Assembly (NCBI GenBank): GCA_037141075.1
Contig: JBAXDG010000001.1
Location: forward strand, 1,811-65,810
DNA length: 64,000 nucleotides
Origin: Kiritimatiellales bacterium
GTDB taxonomy: Bacteria; Verrucomicrobiota; Kiritimatiellia; Kiritimatiellales; Tichowtungiaceae
Direction: 5' to 3'
The notes beneath the pieces are model-generated. The model was not told the origin of the DNA. It ran no database searches and worked only from the letters and a program-made list of their open reading frames with translations. Below, piece after piece: positions 39,366-49,298 of the stretch; positions within the stretch are counted from its first letter, which is position 1; every line of letters begins with the position of its first letter. Position numbers and translations under genes: made by a program.

Positions 39366-40423
39366 CCTCCAGAGATTCGAAGTCCGGATCGGCGCTCCTG
39401 ATTGTATTGGGAGTGATGGCGATTCTTTCGCTGCTGGTGGCGGAGTTCGGTCGCGGACTGCGGGCGGATCTGCGCGCCTCCGGCGGTTTTTATGAAGAGG
39501 CTCAGAATGATCAATTGGCCCGCAGTGCGCTGGCCGCGGCGCAAATTGAGCTTTTGGCGGTGGGCGCTTCGATGTACGCCGACCCGACCGGGAATGTTTA
39601 TTTTGTGACGAGTGACGAAACGGCCGAATCCGAGATCGCCGCTCTGGCGCAGTACCGGCTGGGTCAGCCGCTGGGGCGCGGATCGTTTTCATACCGCTTT
39701 GTGATGAAACCCTATGCATTGGATATTAATGAACTGAGCGCCGACGCATTGGGGCGGCTGTTTGAAGTGGCCTGCGGTCTTGAGGAAGGTGACGAACGCT
39801 TGGCGCTGGTGGATGCCATTCTTGACTGGACGGATTCCGATAATGTTGCGCGCGCTTACGGTGCCGAAGAGGATTTTTACAAGGCGCTTGTTCCGCCGCG
39901 TCATTGCCGCAATGCTCCGTTCGAAACGGTTGAAGAACTGTTCCTGGTTAACGGGATTACGCCGGATATGCTGTTCGGATATGGCCTTCCGGCACACATC
40001 GAGGATGGTATACTGATGGGCGGCGGGCTTTACCGTTTTCTGATTGGAGATAACTGCCCGGAGGCGCAGGCTTCCGTTCAGTATATTCTGCGGGGGATTT
40101 TCCCTTCGGATGATCAGGGCAAAAAGGATGTTGAAGTGGTTAGCGGGTTTCAAAAAGTAGCCGAGTTGCCGTCAGTGCTTTATCTCGTGGCCGAGGGCTT
40201 TGTCCCCTCGGCGGCGGGAGATAAAGAAGCTCCTGCTTTAGGAGCGGAAGAATCTGCTCCGGCCGATGCAGCTTCCCGGCATATCATTCTGGTAAAACTG
40301 GCTGTGTCTAAAAGCACCCAGAACGCGGGGTATACGATTGATGATTTTCAGGAAAATGCTGCTGGCGAACTGCTGGAGCAGGTGCTGGTGTATGGAGTCC
40401 CGGAGGAAACGAATGAACTTTAA
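39353..40423 (+). CDS. gspK: GspK-like minor pseudopilin
   Basis: GSALLIVLGVMAILSLL, ALVDAILDWTDSD, NAPFETVEELFLVNGI. Confidence 0.85.
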   Translation: MGTVTSRDSKSGSALLIVLGVMAILSLLVAEFGRGLRADLRASGGFYEEAQNDQLARSALAAAQIELLAVGASMYADPTGNVYFVTSDETAESEIAALAQYRLGQPLGRGSFSYRFVMKPYALDINELSADALGRLFEVACGLEEGDERLALVDAILDWTDSDNVARAYGAEEDFYKALVPPRHCRNAPFETVEELFLVNGITPDMLFGYGLPAHIEDGILMGGGLYRFLIGDNCPEAQASVQYILRGIFPSDDQGKKDVEVVSGFQKVAELPSVLYLVAEGFVPSAAGDKEAPALGAEESAPADAASRHIILVKLAVSKSTQNAGYTIDDFQENAAGELLEQVLVYGVPEETNEL

Positions 40424-41810
40424 AAATATGCCGGAAGTCAAGTGGATGGCCGGAAGATCGAGTCTGATTCTGATTTTCCGGGATACCGCGGTGGATGTCG
40501 TCTGGCTGGAGCAGAGTCTGCTCGGACCGGCAATCCGCCTGATGAAACGCTTTTCGCGTGACGAACAGATGCCGGAACTGCTGGCGCAGCAGATTCGTGC
40601 GGCGGAGAAAACGCCGGCACGCGTACTGGTCTGTCTGCCGCGGGCGATGGTGATGCAGCGGACTCTTTTCTATCCGGCGGCGGTTCAGAACGACCTCGCC
40701 CAGATGCTTCAGTTTGAGGTGTCGCGGCATGTGCCGCTGCCGGAAGCGGACCGGCGTGTTGCCTTTGCATCTATGCCGCTGCCCGACGGAAAACAGATCG
40801 GCGTGAATCTGCTGGCCGCCCGCGGCACTGAAATTTCAGCGTTTCTGGAGCCGTTGACCGCGGCCGGAATTCCCGTGGACGAGGTGGCTTCATTGAGTTC
40901 GCTGCTGGTTCCGGATGTGAACAGTGCGCCGACTTTGCTGGTTCTTACGGATGATACGCAGGTTGAGCTGGTTCTTTTTGCCAATGGACTCTTGTACGAC
41001 AGTCTGCCGGTTGACCGGCAGTCCGCCGGGTTCTGTAAAGAAATGCTGGTGGACGCGGCTCGGCGTATGGCCGTCCGGCACCGCGAGCTGCTCGGCGCGG
41101 AAGGAATCGGGCGAATCATCTGCGCCGGTGCGGCGGAACTTCCGGAAGAGTTTCGGAACACTCTTGAAACGTCCTTCGGTCTGCATATCCATCCATTGGA
41201 AATTCCGGAAGCCCTGCGGCCGGCGGCTTTATCGTTTTCCGATGGACCGGTTTTGACCGAAGCGCTGTGCGCTGCGGCTGCCGAGCCGCCGCCCACACTG
41301 AATCTGATTGAGCGGCCCAGCCGTACGGTATCTTTCAGCCGGCGGACGCTGATCATCGCAGGGTTGTGTATTTTACTGACAGTGGAACTGCTCGCCGGAT
41401 GGCTGATCCGAACGGTTTCTCCGGCCATAGCGCTGAAAGCCGTTGAACGCGAAACGGCGGATTTGAAGCGCAGCGCGGCTCCGATACAAACCGTGAAAAA
41501 CCAGAACCGCGATCTGCGCAGCGAAATTCAACAGCTTGACGAGCTTGGGAAAACCCGTGTGAGTGTCATGAGCATGCTGAAAGTTCTATCAGACACCCTT
41601 CCGGAGGATACGTATTTGCAAGGGATCACCTATACGCGCGGGGATAATATTCAGCTCAAGGGACGTTCCAAAACGCCGGACCGTATTCCCCAACTGGTTC
41701 AGAGCATTCCTTTTGTCAAAACCATCGAAGAGTCGGATATCGGCAAAAAAGACGATCAGTATTTTAAATTCAACCTTTCGGCAGCCTTGAGGAGTACGCG
41801 CAATGAATAA
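40413..41810 (+). CDS. GspL/PilM-PilN-like assembly platform protein
   Basis: Cytoplasmic actin-like region (LAQMLQFEVSRHVPL), single TM, PilN-like C-terminus (LSDTLPEDTYL..IQLKG). Confidence 0.75.
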   Translation: MNFKNMPEVKWMAGRSSLILIFRDTAVDVVWLEQSLLGPAIRLMKRFSRDEQMPELLAQQIRAAEKTPARVLVCLPRAMVMQRTLFYPAAVQNDLAQMLQFEVSRHVPLPEADRRVAFASMPLPDGKQIGVNLLAARGTEISAFLEPLTAAGIPVDEVASLSSLLVPDVNSAPTLLVLTDDTQVELVLFANGLLYDSLPVDRQSAGFCKEMLVDAARRMAVRHRELLGAEGIGRIICAGAAELPEEFRNTLETSFGLHIHPLEIPEALRPAALSFSDGPVLTEALCAAAAEPPPTLNLIERPSRTVSFSRRTLIIAGLCILLTVELLAGWLIRTVSPAIALKAVERETADLKRSAAPIQTVKNQNRDLRSEIQQLDELGKTRVSVMSMLKVLSDTLPEDTYLQGITYTRGDNIQLKGRSKTPDRIPQLVQSIPFVKTIEESDIGKKDDQYFKFNLSAALRSTRNE

Positions 41811-42489
41811 CTTTTTAACCAAACTGTCCCGGCGCGAACGGCTCTATGTGCTGCTCGCCGCCGCCGTTCTGATCGTCGGGGGAATTTTCTACCCCGTTTT
41901 CCGGGCGACCGAAAAATACCGTCAGGAAAAACTCGAGGAGCTGGATGCCGCCCAGTCGCTTCGCGCAAGTTATCAGGCGATGATTCTTTCCGCTGAACAG
42001 ATCCGGTCGGAAAACAGCGAGCTGAAAAAAGTGCTGAGTCAGGCGGATGGACTGCTGTTCGATCGGACCGGCAATGACGTGATGATGGAGGCTTCGATCA
42101 CTAAAATGCTCAATCAGATGGCTCCGGATCTTAATCTGGATATTTCCATGGCGCGTTCCTCGCTGCGTGGTGTGCCGGGACAGCTGAACTTCACCGTTCG
42201 CGGAACGGGGCGTTATCCTGAAATTCTGAACTTTTTTTATCAGCTCGAAACACACCGTCCGCTGATGATCGTGGATCAATTCAGCGTGGCGGTGCAGGGC
42301 AGCAAAAGCCCATCAGATCAAGGCAGTAAAAATCCGTCAAATCAAGGTAGCAAAAATTCATCCGATCAGAAGAAGAAGCCGTCCCCGCAGGCCAAGTCGC
42401 AGCGCACGGACGAACTGACAGAGCCCCGGATGAAACTGCAAATGAAGATTCACATCAACTGCCGGACGGCAGCGGAGGGCGGCAAATGA
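41803..42489 (+). CDS. GspM/PilO-like protein
   Basis: LSRRERLYVLL then TM, coiled coil and ferredoxin-like GRYPEILNFFYQLE; Q/S/K-rich repeat insert. Confidence 0.75.
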   Translation: MNNFLTKLSRRERLYVLLAAAVLIVGGIFYPVFRATEKYRQEKLEELDAAQSLRASYQAMILSAEQIRSENSELKKVLSQADGLLFDRTGNDVMMEASITKMLNQMAPDLNLDISMARSSLRGVPGQLNFTVRGTGRYPEILNFFYQLETHRPLMIVDQFSVAVQGSKSPSDQGSKNPSNQGSKNSSDQKKKPSPQAKSQRTDELTEPRMKLQMKIHINCRTAAEGGK

Positions 42490-43328
42490 AAATTTCGACT
42501 CATCGCCTGATTATTCCCGGCCTCGTGGTTCTCTGCGGCCTTGCCGCAGTGGCGTTGATTCCGGCCGTGCATCTGTCCCGGACAGACGTCGGCACACGTA
42601 AAGAGAGTCCACGCGCGGTTCCGGCTCTCGGCCTGAACGCCCTGAACGAAGCTCCTCCCACCATGCCGGAGGTTGTCGAGAAGCATTTATTTGTCGCTCA
42701 GCGCAAAGCGACGGGTCAGAACGCATTTCCCGATCTGATTGTGAAGGGGGTTTTTCTCGGGACGGAAAACAGCGCGGTTTTTTCACTGAAATCCACACCG
42801 CAGGCGAATCTACGGGTTTGGGCCGGTCGGACGGACAGCGCTTTGGCGCAGGTCACCAATCCGCGCGATCCACGCCAGCCGATTGTCGCGTTTCTGCGTG
42901 AGTGGAGCATTAAGGAAATCAGCTCCAGCGGCGTGACGGTCGAGCATTCTATTACCGGCGAGAAACAAACGTATGCGGTGAACTATACGCCGGTGGCAAA
43001 GGTGAAGGATGATGCCTCCCGCGGTTATGGGCAGGGCATTATCCCGCAGGGCGGCGAGGTGGCGGCGGGAACCGGCGCACGAACCGCTACCGGGAATAAT
43101 CCGATGGGGAGAGGTGGCCAATTTCCGTCCGATGCTCCGCCACCAGTGAACGTTCTGGCGAACCGCGTTTCCGAAATAATGCAACGGATGAGCCCCGATC
43201 AGCAGAAGAATTTTCTGAAGCAGATTGGACAGGATAGCTCCGGAGCAAATCAGAAGACCGACACCTCAGGGCAGTCCTCTTCGCAAAACAAATCTAAAAC
43301 CACCACCAAGACGAAGTCAGCCAAATAA
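42486..43328 (+). CDS. Last gene of the T2SS cluster, hypothetical (possibly GspC/GspN-like)
   Basis: Overlapping start, single TM, HLFVAQRK followed by a beta-rich segment. Confidence 0.55.
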   Translation: MKISTHRLIIPGLVVLCGLAAVALIPAVHLSRTDVGTRKESPRAVPALGLNALNEAPPTMPEVVEKHLFVAQRKATGQNAFPDLIVKGVFLGTENSAVFSLKSTPQANLRVWAGRTDSALAQVTNPRDPRQPIVAFLREWSIKEISSSGVTVEHSITGEKQTYAVNYTPVAKVKDDASRGYGQGIIPQGGEVAAGTGARTATGNNPMGRGGQFPSDAPPPVNVLANRVSEIMQRMSPDQQKNFLKQIGQDSSGANQKTDTSGQSSSQNKSKTTTKTKSAK

Positions 43329-43351
43329 GTAGAAATGAACCGGATTGGTGC

Positions 43352-44269
43352 TTAGCACTCAATCCGGCGAATATTCATGTTGGCGACATCGGTTTCACCG
43401 ATGTTCATGTCTTTGGCGATGGCGAGATATTTTACCACAGCGAACGGATCATCGTGGAAGAGTTGCGCGGCAACCACGTCGGCGGCGACCTGATCCTTGG
43501 ATAGAATGATCTGTTGCGGATAAATCATATCCGGCGACGGGCCGTTTGGCCCCTTACTGGTCATGCAGCGTGTGGCATCTATGATCGTCCATGTTGGCTT
43601 CAGGAACAGGCAGAAGTCGGCAATGCACTGGGGAAGGTCGTTTTGGTGCCACCAGCGAGGATCTTTGACAACGCCCATCCAGTTTTTCATCGCCATAGTC
43701 AGTTTGGCACCACTGTGGTGTTTGGCGACCGGCATGTTAACGACGGCATCGGCCTCCAGCAGTTCGGAGCAGACGTCGACGGTCTTCAGGCTTTTGGCAC
43801 CCTCGATCGTAATTGTTTTGAAGTTGGAATCGGCCGACTTGGTGGGAATCAGCTTCACTTTGTATTTGCTGAGTACCGGGCCGATCCCGTTACGTTCGGG
43901 CAGCTCATTTTTGCCTGCTGAGCTTGCAAACCGCTCCGGCAGTAAAATGTCTGTGAAGCCTTTATCTGCGGCGGCCTTCAAAAAACCTTCGACCACGTCG
44001 GGGTGGGTTGCGGCCGCTTCTTCGGGCGTCCGGTTAAACATAGCATTCGGCTTTATAGCTATTTTTTTGACGTTTCCCGCTAATCCGCCGTTGGCGAAGA
44101 GAGTTTCCATGCATTGTTTCATCAGCACCTGATTATCCGGACCTTTAAAAACCCAGACATCGACTTTCGGTTTGCTCTGTTGAGCGAGCAGGGTGGACGG
44201 GCTGGTAGCCAGCGCGGCGGAACTGAGGGCTCCGATTTTGACGAACTCACGGCGGGACACTTTCATCAT
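43352..44269 (-). CDS. DUF362-domain protein with Tat signal
   Basis: VSRREFVK twin-arginine signal; IAIKPN, THPDVV, VNMPVAKHH...MAMKNWMG, D.VAAD. Confidence 0.9.
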   Translation of the reverse strand: MMKVSRREFVKIGALSSAALATSPSTLLAQQSKPKVDVWVFKGPDNQVLMKQCMETLFANGGLAGNVKKIAIKPNAMFNRTPEEAAATHPDVVEGFLKAAADKGFTDILLPERFASSAGKNELPERNGIGPVLSKYKVKLIPTKSADSNFKTITIEGAKSLKTVDVCSELLEADAVVNMPVAKHHSGAKLTMAMKNWMGVVKDPRWWHQNDLPQCIADFCLFLKPTWTIIDATRCMTSKGPNGPSPDMIYPQQIILSKDQVAADVVAAQLFHDDPFAVVKYLAIAKDMNIGETDVANMNIRRIEC

Positions 44270-44404
44270 AATAAACCTCCTTAAGAAGGCACCGACTATA
44301 ATAGATTTTCCAATATTTGGAAGTCTCCCCTTACGGCAATTTTTTCGTGTATTTGAGCGGAGGGCTGGTTTATGCTCGCCGCCTCAATTTTCAGGACGTT
44401 TAGA

Positions 44405-45781
44405 ATGAAATATATCAGTACCAGAGGGCGGATGGAGCCGGTGGGCTTTCTTGATGCCGTGATGACCGGGCTGGCGCCCGACGGCGGACTGCTTCTGCCC
44501 GAAAGTCTGCCGGACGTTTCCGGTAAACTGCTGGCGTGGAAGGATCTTTCCTATCAGGAGCTGGCGTTCGAGGTGATGAGCCTTTTTATTTCCGACATAC
44601 CCGCTGAAGACCTCAAAGCGCTGATTGATAAGAGCTATTCCACTTTCCGGACTCCGGATGTCACACCGGTTATTCCGGTCAACGGTTTCCATGTATTGGA
44701 ACTTTGGCACGGCCCGACGCTGGCCTTTAAAGATGTGGCGCTCCAATTTCTCGGCAACCTGTTTGAATACGTTCTCGAAAAGCGCGGCGGCGAGCTGAAC
44801 ATTCTCGGCGCAACCAGCGGCGACACCGGCTCGGCCGCCATCTACGGCGTGCACGGCAAAAAGAACATCCGCATTTTCATCATGCACCCGAAAGGGCGCA
44901 CCAGCCCTGTTCAGGAAAAGCAGATGACCAGCGTGCTCGACGACAACGTCTTCAACCTCGCGGTCGAGGGCACGTTCGACGACTGCCAGCACCTGATGAA
45001 ATCCATTTTCTCCGACGTGGCGTTCAAGACCGAACACTCGCTTGGCTCGGTCAACTCCGTCAACTGGGCGCGGGTGCTGGCCCAAATCGTTTACTACTTC
45101 TATGCGTTCTTCCGTGTTCAGGAAAACACCGATGCGGCGCAGGTGCAGTTTTCGGTGCCGACCGGCAACTTCGGCGACATCATGGCCGGATACATCGCCG
45201 CGCAGATGGGTCTGCCGGTCAAAAAACTGATTCTGGCCACCAACGAGAACAATATTCTCTCGCGCTTCTTTAACACCGGCGTCTACAGCATGGGCGAAGT
45301 CGTGCCGACAATCAGTCCCTCCATGGACATTCAGATCGCCAGCAACTTCGAGCGCTATCTCTATTACCGCGTCGGTCAAGACGCCGCCAAACTGTGCGAA
45401 CTGATGGACAGTTTCGCCAAAAATAAATCGCTGACGGTTGACGGCACCGATGATCTTTTCGCCGCCGGTGAGGCCGACACGGCGCAGACGCTGGCGATGA
45501 TTAAAAAATGTTATGAAACAGAAAGCTACATTCTCGATCCGCACACCGCCGTCGGCGTCGTTGTAGCGGAGCGTTTCCAAAGTTCGGAAGCTCCGACCAT
45601 CTGTCTCGCCACGGCGCACCCGGCTAAATTTACGGACGCCATTCAGCAGGCGATCGGCACCGCCGCGCACCATCCGGCGCTCGACAAACTCGCGAACGCC
45701 GAAACCCGCTGCGATACCATCGCCAACGACGAATCCGCCGTGCGCGAGTATTTGATTCGGAAAATATCGAGCAAGTTATGA
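44405..45781 (+). CDS. thrC: Threonine synthase
   Basis: YISTRG, GLAPDGGL, LELWHGPTLAFKDVAL, ATSGDTGSAA, VPTGNFG, TAHPAKF. Confidence 0.97.
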   Translation: MKYISTRGRMEPVGFLDAVMTGLAPDGGLLLPESLPDVSGKLLAWKDLSYQELAFEVMSLFISDIPAEDLKALIDKSYSTFRTPDVTPVIPVNGFHVLELWHGPTLAFKDVALQFLGNLFEYVLEKRGGELNILGATSGDTGSAAIYGVHGKKNIRIFIMHPKGRTSPVQEKQMTSVLDDNVFNLAVEGTFDDCQHLMKSIFSDVAFKTEHSLGSVNSVNWARVLAQIVYYFYAFFRVQENTDAAQVQFSVPTGNFGDIMAGYIAAQMGLPVKKLILATNENNILSRFFNTGVYSMGEVVPTISPSMDIQIASNFERYLYYRVGQDAAKLCELMDSFAKNKSLTVDGTDDLFAAGEADTAQTLAMIKKCYETESYILDPHTAVGVVVAERFQSSEAPTICLATAHPAKFTDAIQQAIGTAAHHPALDKLANAETRCDTIANDESAVREYLIRKISSKL

Positions 45782-46461
45782 CGGATGATGAAATTCGTAA
45801 AAGGTTTGAAGAATACAGAGATAACCTGTTGGACGAATGTCAGTATTTTGTTGCTTGTGTGCACATCAGCAAACGGTTTCGAGAGCAACAAATTAAGAAC
45901 CCCAAGTTAGTGAACACAGCGCCCTGTTATTGGGCCGTAAGCATGAAGTCAGTTTTTGTCTCGATTGTTTTGTGGGGAGAAAAGCTTTTTGGAGACCATG
46001 CTAAATCTAAGTGGCCGCAGATGGATTTCTGGGAATTTATTGATTTTTTAAAGGAGAACAGACAAGCCTTGTTCTCGACACCTATTTATTGCGAAGAAGA
46101 ATCATGGGGGGTTACCTCTGACGACATAGAAGCTCATCTCGAGAAACTTAAAAGCTTAGAGGGAATGAAGGTTATCAAGCACCTGAGAGACAAATATTAC
46201 GCACACTTCGATGAGGGTTTTTTTCTGGACCGGAAAAAGCTTCGGGATGGCACAGACATTAACTTTGCCGCGCTGGAAAACATGGGCAATGTTGCTCAAG
46301 AGATCCTTTTGCACTATTCACTTGCCTACAATGGGGAAGGGTTCAGCGTTAAGGCCGCAAATGTAGATGATGTAACAGGACTTTTTGGATTGATTGAGCG
46401 ATACTTCGACGAGCGAAAGAAATCGGTTAACATGATCCGAAAAGAAGGGAAGAAAGAGTGA
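45778..46461 (+). CDS. AT-rich hypothetical protein, HEPN (AbiU2-like) candidate
   Basis: All-helical character; RDKYYAH fits the Rx4-6H HEPN motif; codon usage differs from the neighbours. Confidence 0.55.
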   Translation: MTDDEIRKRFEEYRDNLLDECQYFVACVHISKRFREQQIKNPKLVNTAPCYWAVSMKSVFVSIVLWGEKLFGDHAKSKWPQMDFWEFIDFLKENRQALFSTPIYCEEESWGVTSDDIEAHLEKLKSLEGMKVIKHLRDKYYAHFDEGFFLDRKKLRDGTDINFAALENMGNVAQEILLHYSLAYNGEGFSVKAANVDDVTGLFGLIERYFDERKKSVNMIRKEGKKE

Positions 46462-47879
46462 GAAATAAATATTTGTTACTGACGGTCTGTTTATACTGCT
46501 TTGCAAATTTTTCTCTTGGAGATGATATCAACAATCTGTTGCAGTCTGCCAAACAAGGCGATGTCTCAGCCCAATACAATCTAGGTATCTGCTATAAAAA
46601 TGGTGAAGGCGTTCCGCAGGATTATAAGGAAGCGATTAAATGGTTCCGTCTTGCTGCTGATCAAGGTTACGCCGAAGCTCAAGCCGTTCTGGGCATTTGC
46701 TACGGTTTAGGTAACGGTGTTCCTAGTGATGATAAAGAGGCGGAAAAATGGTATAGGCTCGCCGCAGAGCAGGGGAATACCGCAGCCCAATTTCTCCTTG
46801 GTGTCTATTATGCCAATGGCAAAGGTATTTCGCAGGATTACGAAGAGGCTGTTAAATGGTTTCGCCTTGCCGCTGAAAAAGGGGATGCCCCGGCCCAATA
46901 CAGCCTGGGTCTTTGCTATGCCCGCGGCGAGGGTGTGCTGCAGGATTATAAAGAGGCGGCTAAGTGGTACCGTCTCGCGGCTGAACAGGGAGATGATAAA
47001 GCCCAAAGCAATCTCGGTCTTTGCTATGCCCGAGGCCAAGGTGTGCTTGAAGATTATGTTGAAGCGTACGCATGGTCGATAATTGCCGCAATGAATGGAA
47101 ATGAGCCTGCGGCTAAAAACAAAGGGAAGTTGGTCAACACTTTAAACAAAACTCAAGTTGCCGCGGGGCAAGAGCGGGCAAAAGAACTGATAGCGAATAT
47201 CGAGCGGAAAAAGCAACTTGCGAAATTGCCTGCCGGTCAGGTGCCTGCGGCAGACATTGCTCCTTCCGGATTTGGTAGCGGCTTACTGGTTAAAGGCGGA
47301 TATGTTTTGACCTGCTGGCATGTGGTTGAGAACGCCAAAAAAATCTCTGTCAGTTGCCAAGGGAAAGATTTTTCTGCCCGTTTGATTCAAAAGGATACTG
47401 GCAACGACTTGGCCATTTTGCGTGTCGATGGTGCCGATGCCGGAGTCTCGCTGAGTTTTGCCGATAGCGTGAAGTTAGGTGCACAGGTCTTTACGATGGG
47501 GTTTCCTCATCCCGGTTTACAGGGTTCGGATGTCAAGTTTACAACCGGATCAATCAGCGGGCTGACCGGCCCTGGAAATACCCCCGTTTATTTTCAAATC
47601 AGCGCACCGTTGCAGTCCGGCAACTCGGGCGGGCCGCTTTTTGATGAATACGGCAATCTGGTCGGGATAGTCGCGGCCAAGCTGGACTCTCTGAAGATGT
47701 TGGCCGCTACCGGCGACCTTACCCAGAACGTGAACTATGCCATTAAGTCGGACTATCTCGTTCCGCTCCTGAAAACGGTGGATGGCATCAAGATACAGCC
47801 GTCCCAGACCAAGCCGGTCAATTTGCTCGGACTGGTTGAGGATTTGAAGAAGTCGGTTGTGATGATCAAGGTTTATTAA
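46458..47879 (+). CDS. Secreted Sel1-repeat + trypsin-like serine protease
   Basis: Signal peptide, five Sel1 repeats (AQYNLG.CY..G.GV.QDY.EA..W), triad TCWHVV / NDLAIL / GNSGGP. Confidence 0.9.
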   Translation: MRNKYLLLTVCLYCFANFSLGDDINNLLQSAKQGDVSAQYNLGICYKNGEGVPQDYKEAIKWFRLAADQGYAEAQAVLGICYGLGNGVPSDDKEAEKWYRLAAEQGNTAAQFLLGVYYANGKGISQDYEEAVKWFRLAAEKGDAPAQYSLGLCYARGEGVLQDYKEAAKWYRLAAEQGDDKAQSNLGLCYARGQGVLEDYVEAYAWSIIAAMNGNEPAAKNKGKLVNTLNKTQVAAGQERAKELIANIERKKQLAKLPAGQVPAADIAPSGFGSGLLVKGGYVLTCWHVVENAKKISVSCQGKDFSARLIQKDTGNDLAILRVDGADAGVSLSFADSVKLGAQVFTMGFPHPGLQGSDVKFTTGSISGLTGPGNTPVYFQISAPLQSGNSGGPLFDEYGNLVGIVAAKLDSLKMLAATGDLTQNVNYAIKSDYLVPLLKTVDGIKIQPSQTKPVNLLGLVEDLKKSVVMIKVY

Positions 47880-47994
47880 CGATTTAAGACAATGACCGAT
47901 ACAGGCGCGGCCACCGTCCGCACCCACAGTAAGAACGAATTTCTGTAGCCGCGAACGGTGGGCACGGTAAAAACTAAAAGCATACGAATTGAGT

Positions 47995-48225
47995 ATGAAC
48001 AGTCCTCAAATGAGCAAAAGAGGTCAGGAGGCTTTGGAATGCCTTCGTCGTGCCGTGTATGACGAGATGGTGAAAAAGGCCAAGCTTGGGCAGGATGTGA
48101 TTGTTGAGCGCGACGGGAAACCCTGCAAAATTTCCGCCGCAGAGGCTGTGCGACAAATTGAACAAAGCCGCGCCCGCGCCGCCGAAAGCACGGCGGCAAA
48201 CGCTTCCTTGGTAAAAGAGCCCTGA
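47995..48225 (+). CDS. Small hypothetical protein (76 aa)
   Basis: Clean ORF, ALECLRRAVYDEMVKKAKLGQDVIVERDGK; function not recognised. Confidence 0.55.
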   Translation: MNSPQMSKRGQEALECLRRAVYDEMVKKAKLGQDVIVERDGKPCKISAAEAVRQIEQSRARAAESTAANASLVKEP

Positions 48226-48235
48226 ATCCGGATTT

Positions 48236-48317
48236 TTTTGTGTGTTTTTGTGACTTTTCGTGGCTAAAGTCTCTCCCTCAGATTTAAATCCGCGTTCATT
48301 CGTGTCCATTCGCGGTT
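48236..48317. repeat. Two short periodic repeat arms (9-mer and 10-mer) upstream of trpS
   Basis: TTTTGTGTG TTTTTGTGA CTTTTCGTGGCTA and ATCCGCGTTC ATTCGTGTCC ATTCGCGGTT. Confidence 0.6.
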
Positions 48318-48335
48318 AAAGCAGGAGTTAGTTTA

Positions 48336-49298
48336 ATGAGAATTCTTTCAGGAATACAGCCTTCGGGCAAACTGCATATCGGCAACTATTTCGGGATGAT
48401 GAAGCCCGCGATTGAGTTGCAGGAGCAGGGCGAGGCGTTTCTTTTCATTGCCGACTACCACGCGCTGACGACGGTGAACGATGCCGCCGCGCTGCGCACG
48501 ATGGTGAAGGATGTGGCGCTCGACTTTCTGGCCGCCGGACTCGATCCGGCCAAGACCGCATTTTACCGGCAGAGCGATGTGCCGGAAGTGCAGGAGCTGG
48601 CGTGGCTTCTTTCGGTGGTTACGCCGATGGGTCTGCTGGAGCGCTGTCATTCCTACAAAGACAAAATCGCCAAAGGCATCGCCGCCACGCACAGCCTGTT
48701 CGCTTATCCGGTGCTGATGGCCGCCGACATTCTCTCCGTGCAGTCCACCGTGGTGCCGGTCGGGCGCGACCAGAAACAGCACGTCGAAGTGACGCGCGAC
48801 ATCGCCATTAAATTTAACAATCAGTTCGGCGAGGTGTTCACGATTCCGGAACCGTCCATCCGCGACTCGGTTGCCGTGGTGCCGGGCATTGACGGACAGA
48901 AGATGTCCAAGTCCTACGACAACACACTGGAAATTTTCGGCGATCCCGGCGCATTGAAAAAACGGGTGATGCAGATTGTCACCGACAGCACGCCGCTGGA
49001 AGATCCGAAAAATCCCGACACCTGCAACGCGTTCGCGCTCTATAAGCTTTTCGCCACAGACGCCGAGACCGCCGATCTTGCCGCGCGCTACCGTGCGGGC
49101 GGATTCGGCTACGGCACCGCCAAAAAAGAACTGCTCGCTAAAATCAACGAACATTTTGCGCCGATGCGCGAAAAGCGCGCCGCGCTTGAAAAAGATCCCG
49201 ACTTCGTGAACGACGTCTTGAAGAAGGGTGCTGAAAAAGCGCGCGCCGAAACCCGTAAAACTCTGCAAGCCGCCCGCAAGGCCGTTGGACTGGAATAA
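48336..49298 (+). CDS. trpS: Tryptophanyl-tRNA synthetase
   Basis: SGIQPSGKLHIGNY, YPVLMAADIL, VPVGRDQKQH, KMSKSY. Confidence 0.98.
   Translation: MRILSGIQPSGKLHIGNYFGMMKPAIELQEQGEAFLFIADYHALTTVNDAAALRTMVKDVALDFLAAGLDPAKTAFYRQSDVPEVQELAWLLSVVTPMGLLERCHSYKDKIAKGIAATHSLFAYPVLMAADILSVQSTVVPVGRDQKQHVEVTRDIAIKFNNQFGEVFTIPEPSIRDSVAVVPGIDGQKMSKSYDNTLEIFGDPGALKKRVMQIVTDSTPLEDPKNPDTCNAFALYKLFATDAETADLAARYRAGGFGYGTAKKELLAKINEHFAPMREKRAALEKDPDFVNDVLKKGAEKARAETRKTLQAARKAVGLE

Noticed and set aside
30976-43328. Cluster as a type IV pilus / competence machine
   Set aside because: Gene order and the GspG/GspK signatures fit T2SS; no PilT, ComEC or ComEA in the window. A DNA-uptake role cannot be supported from this sequence.
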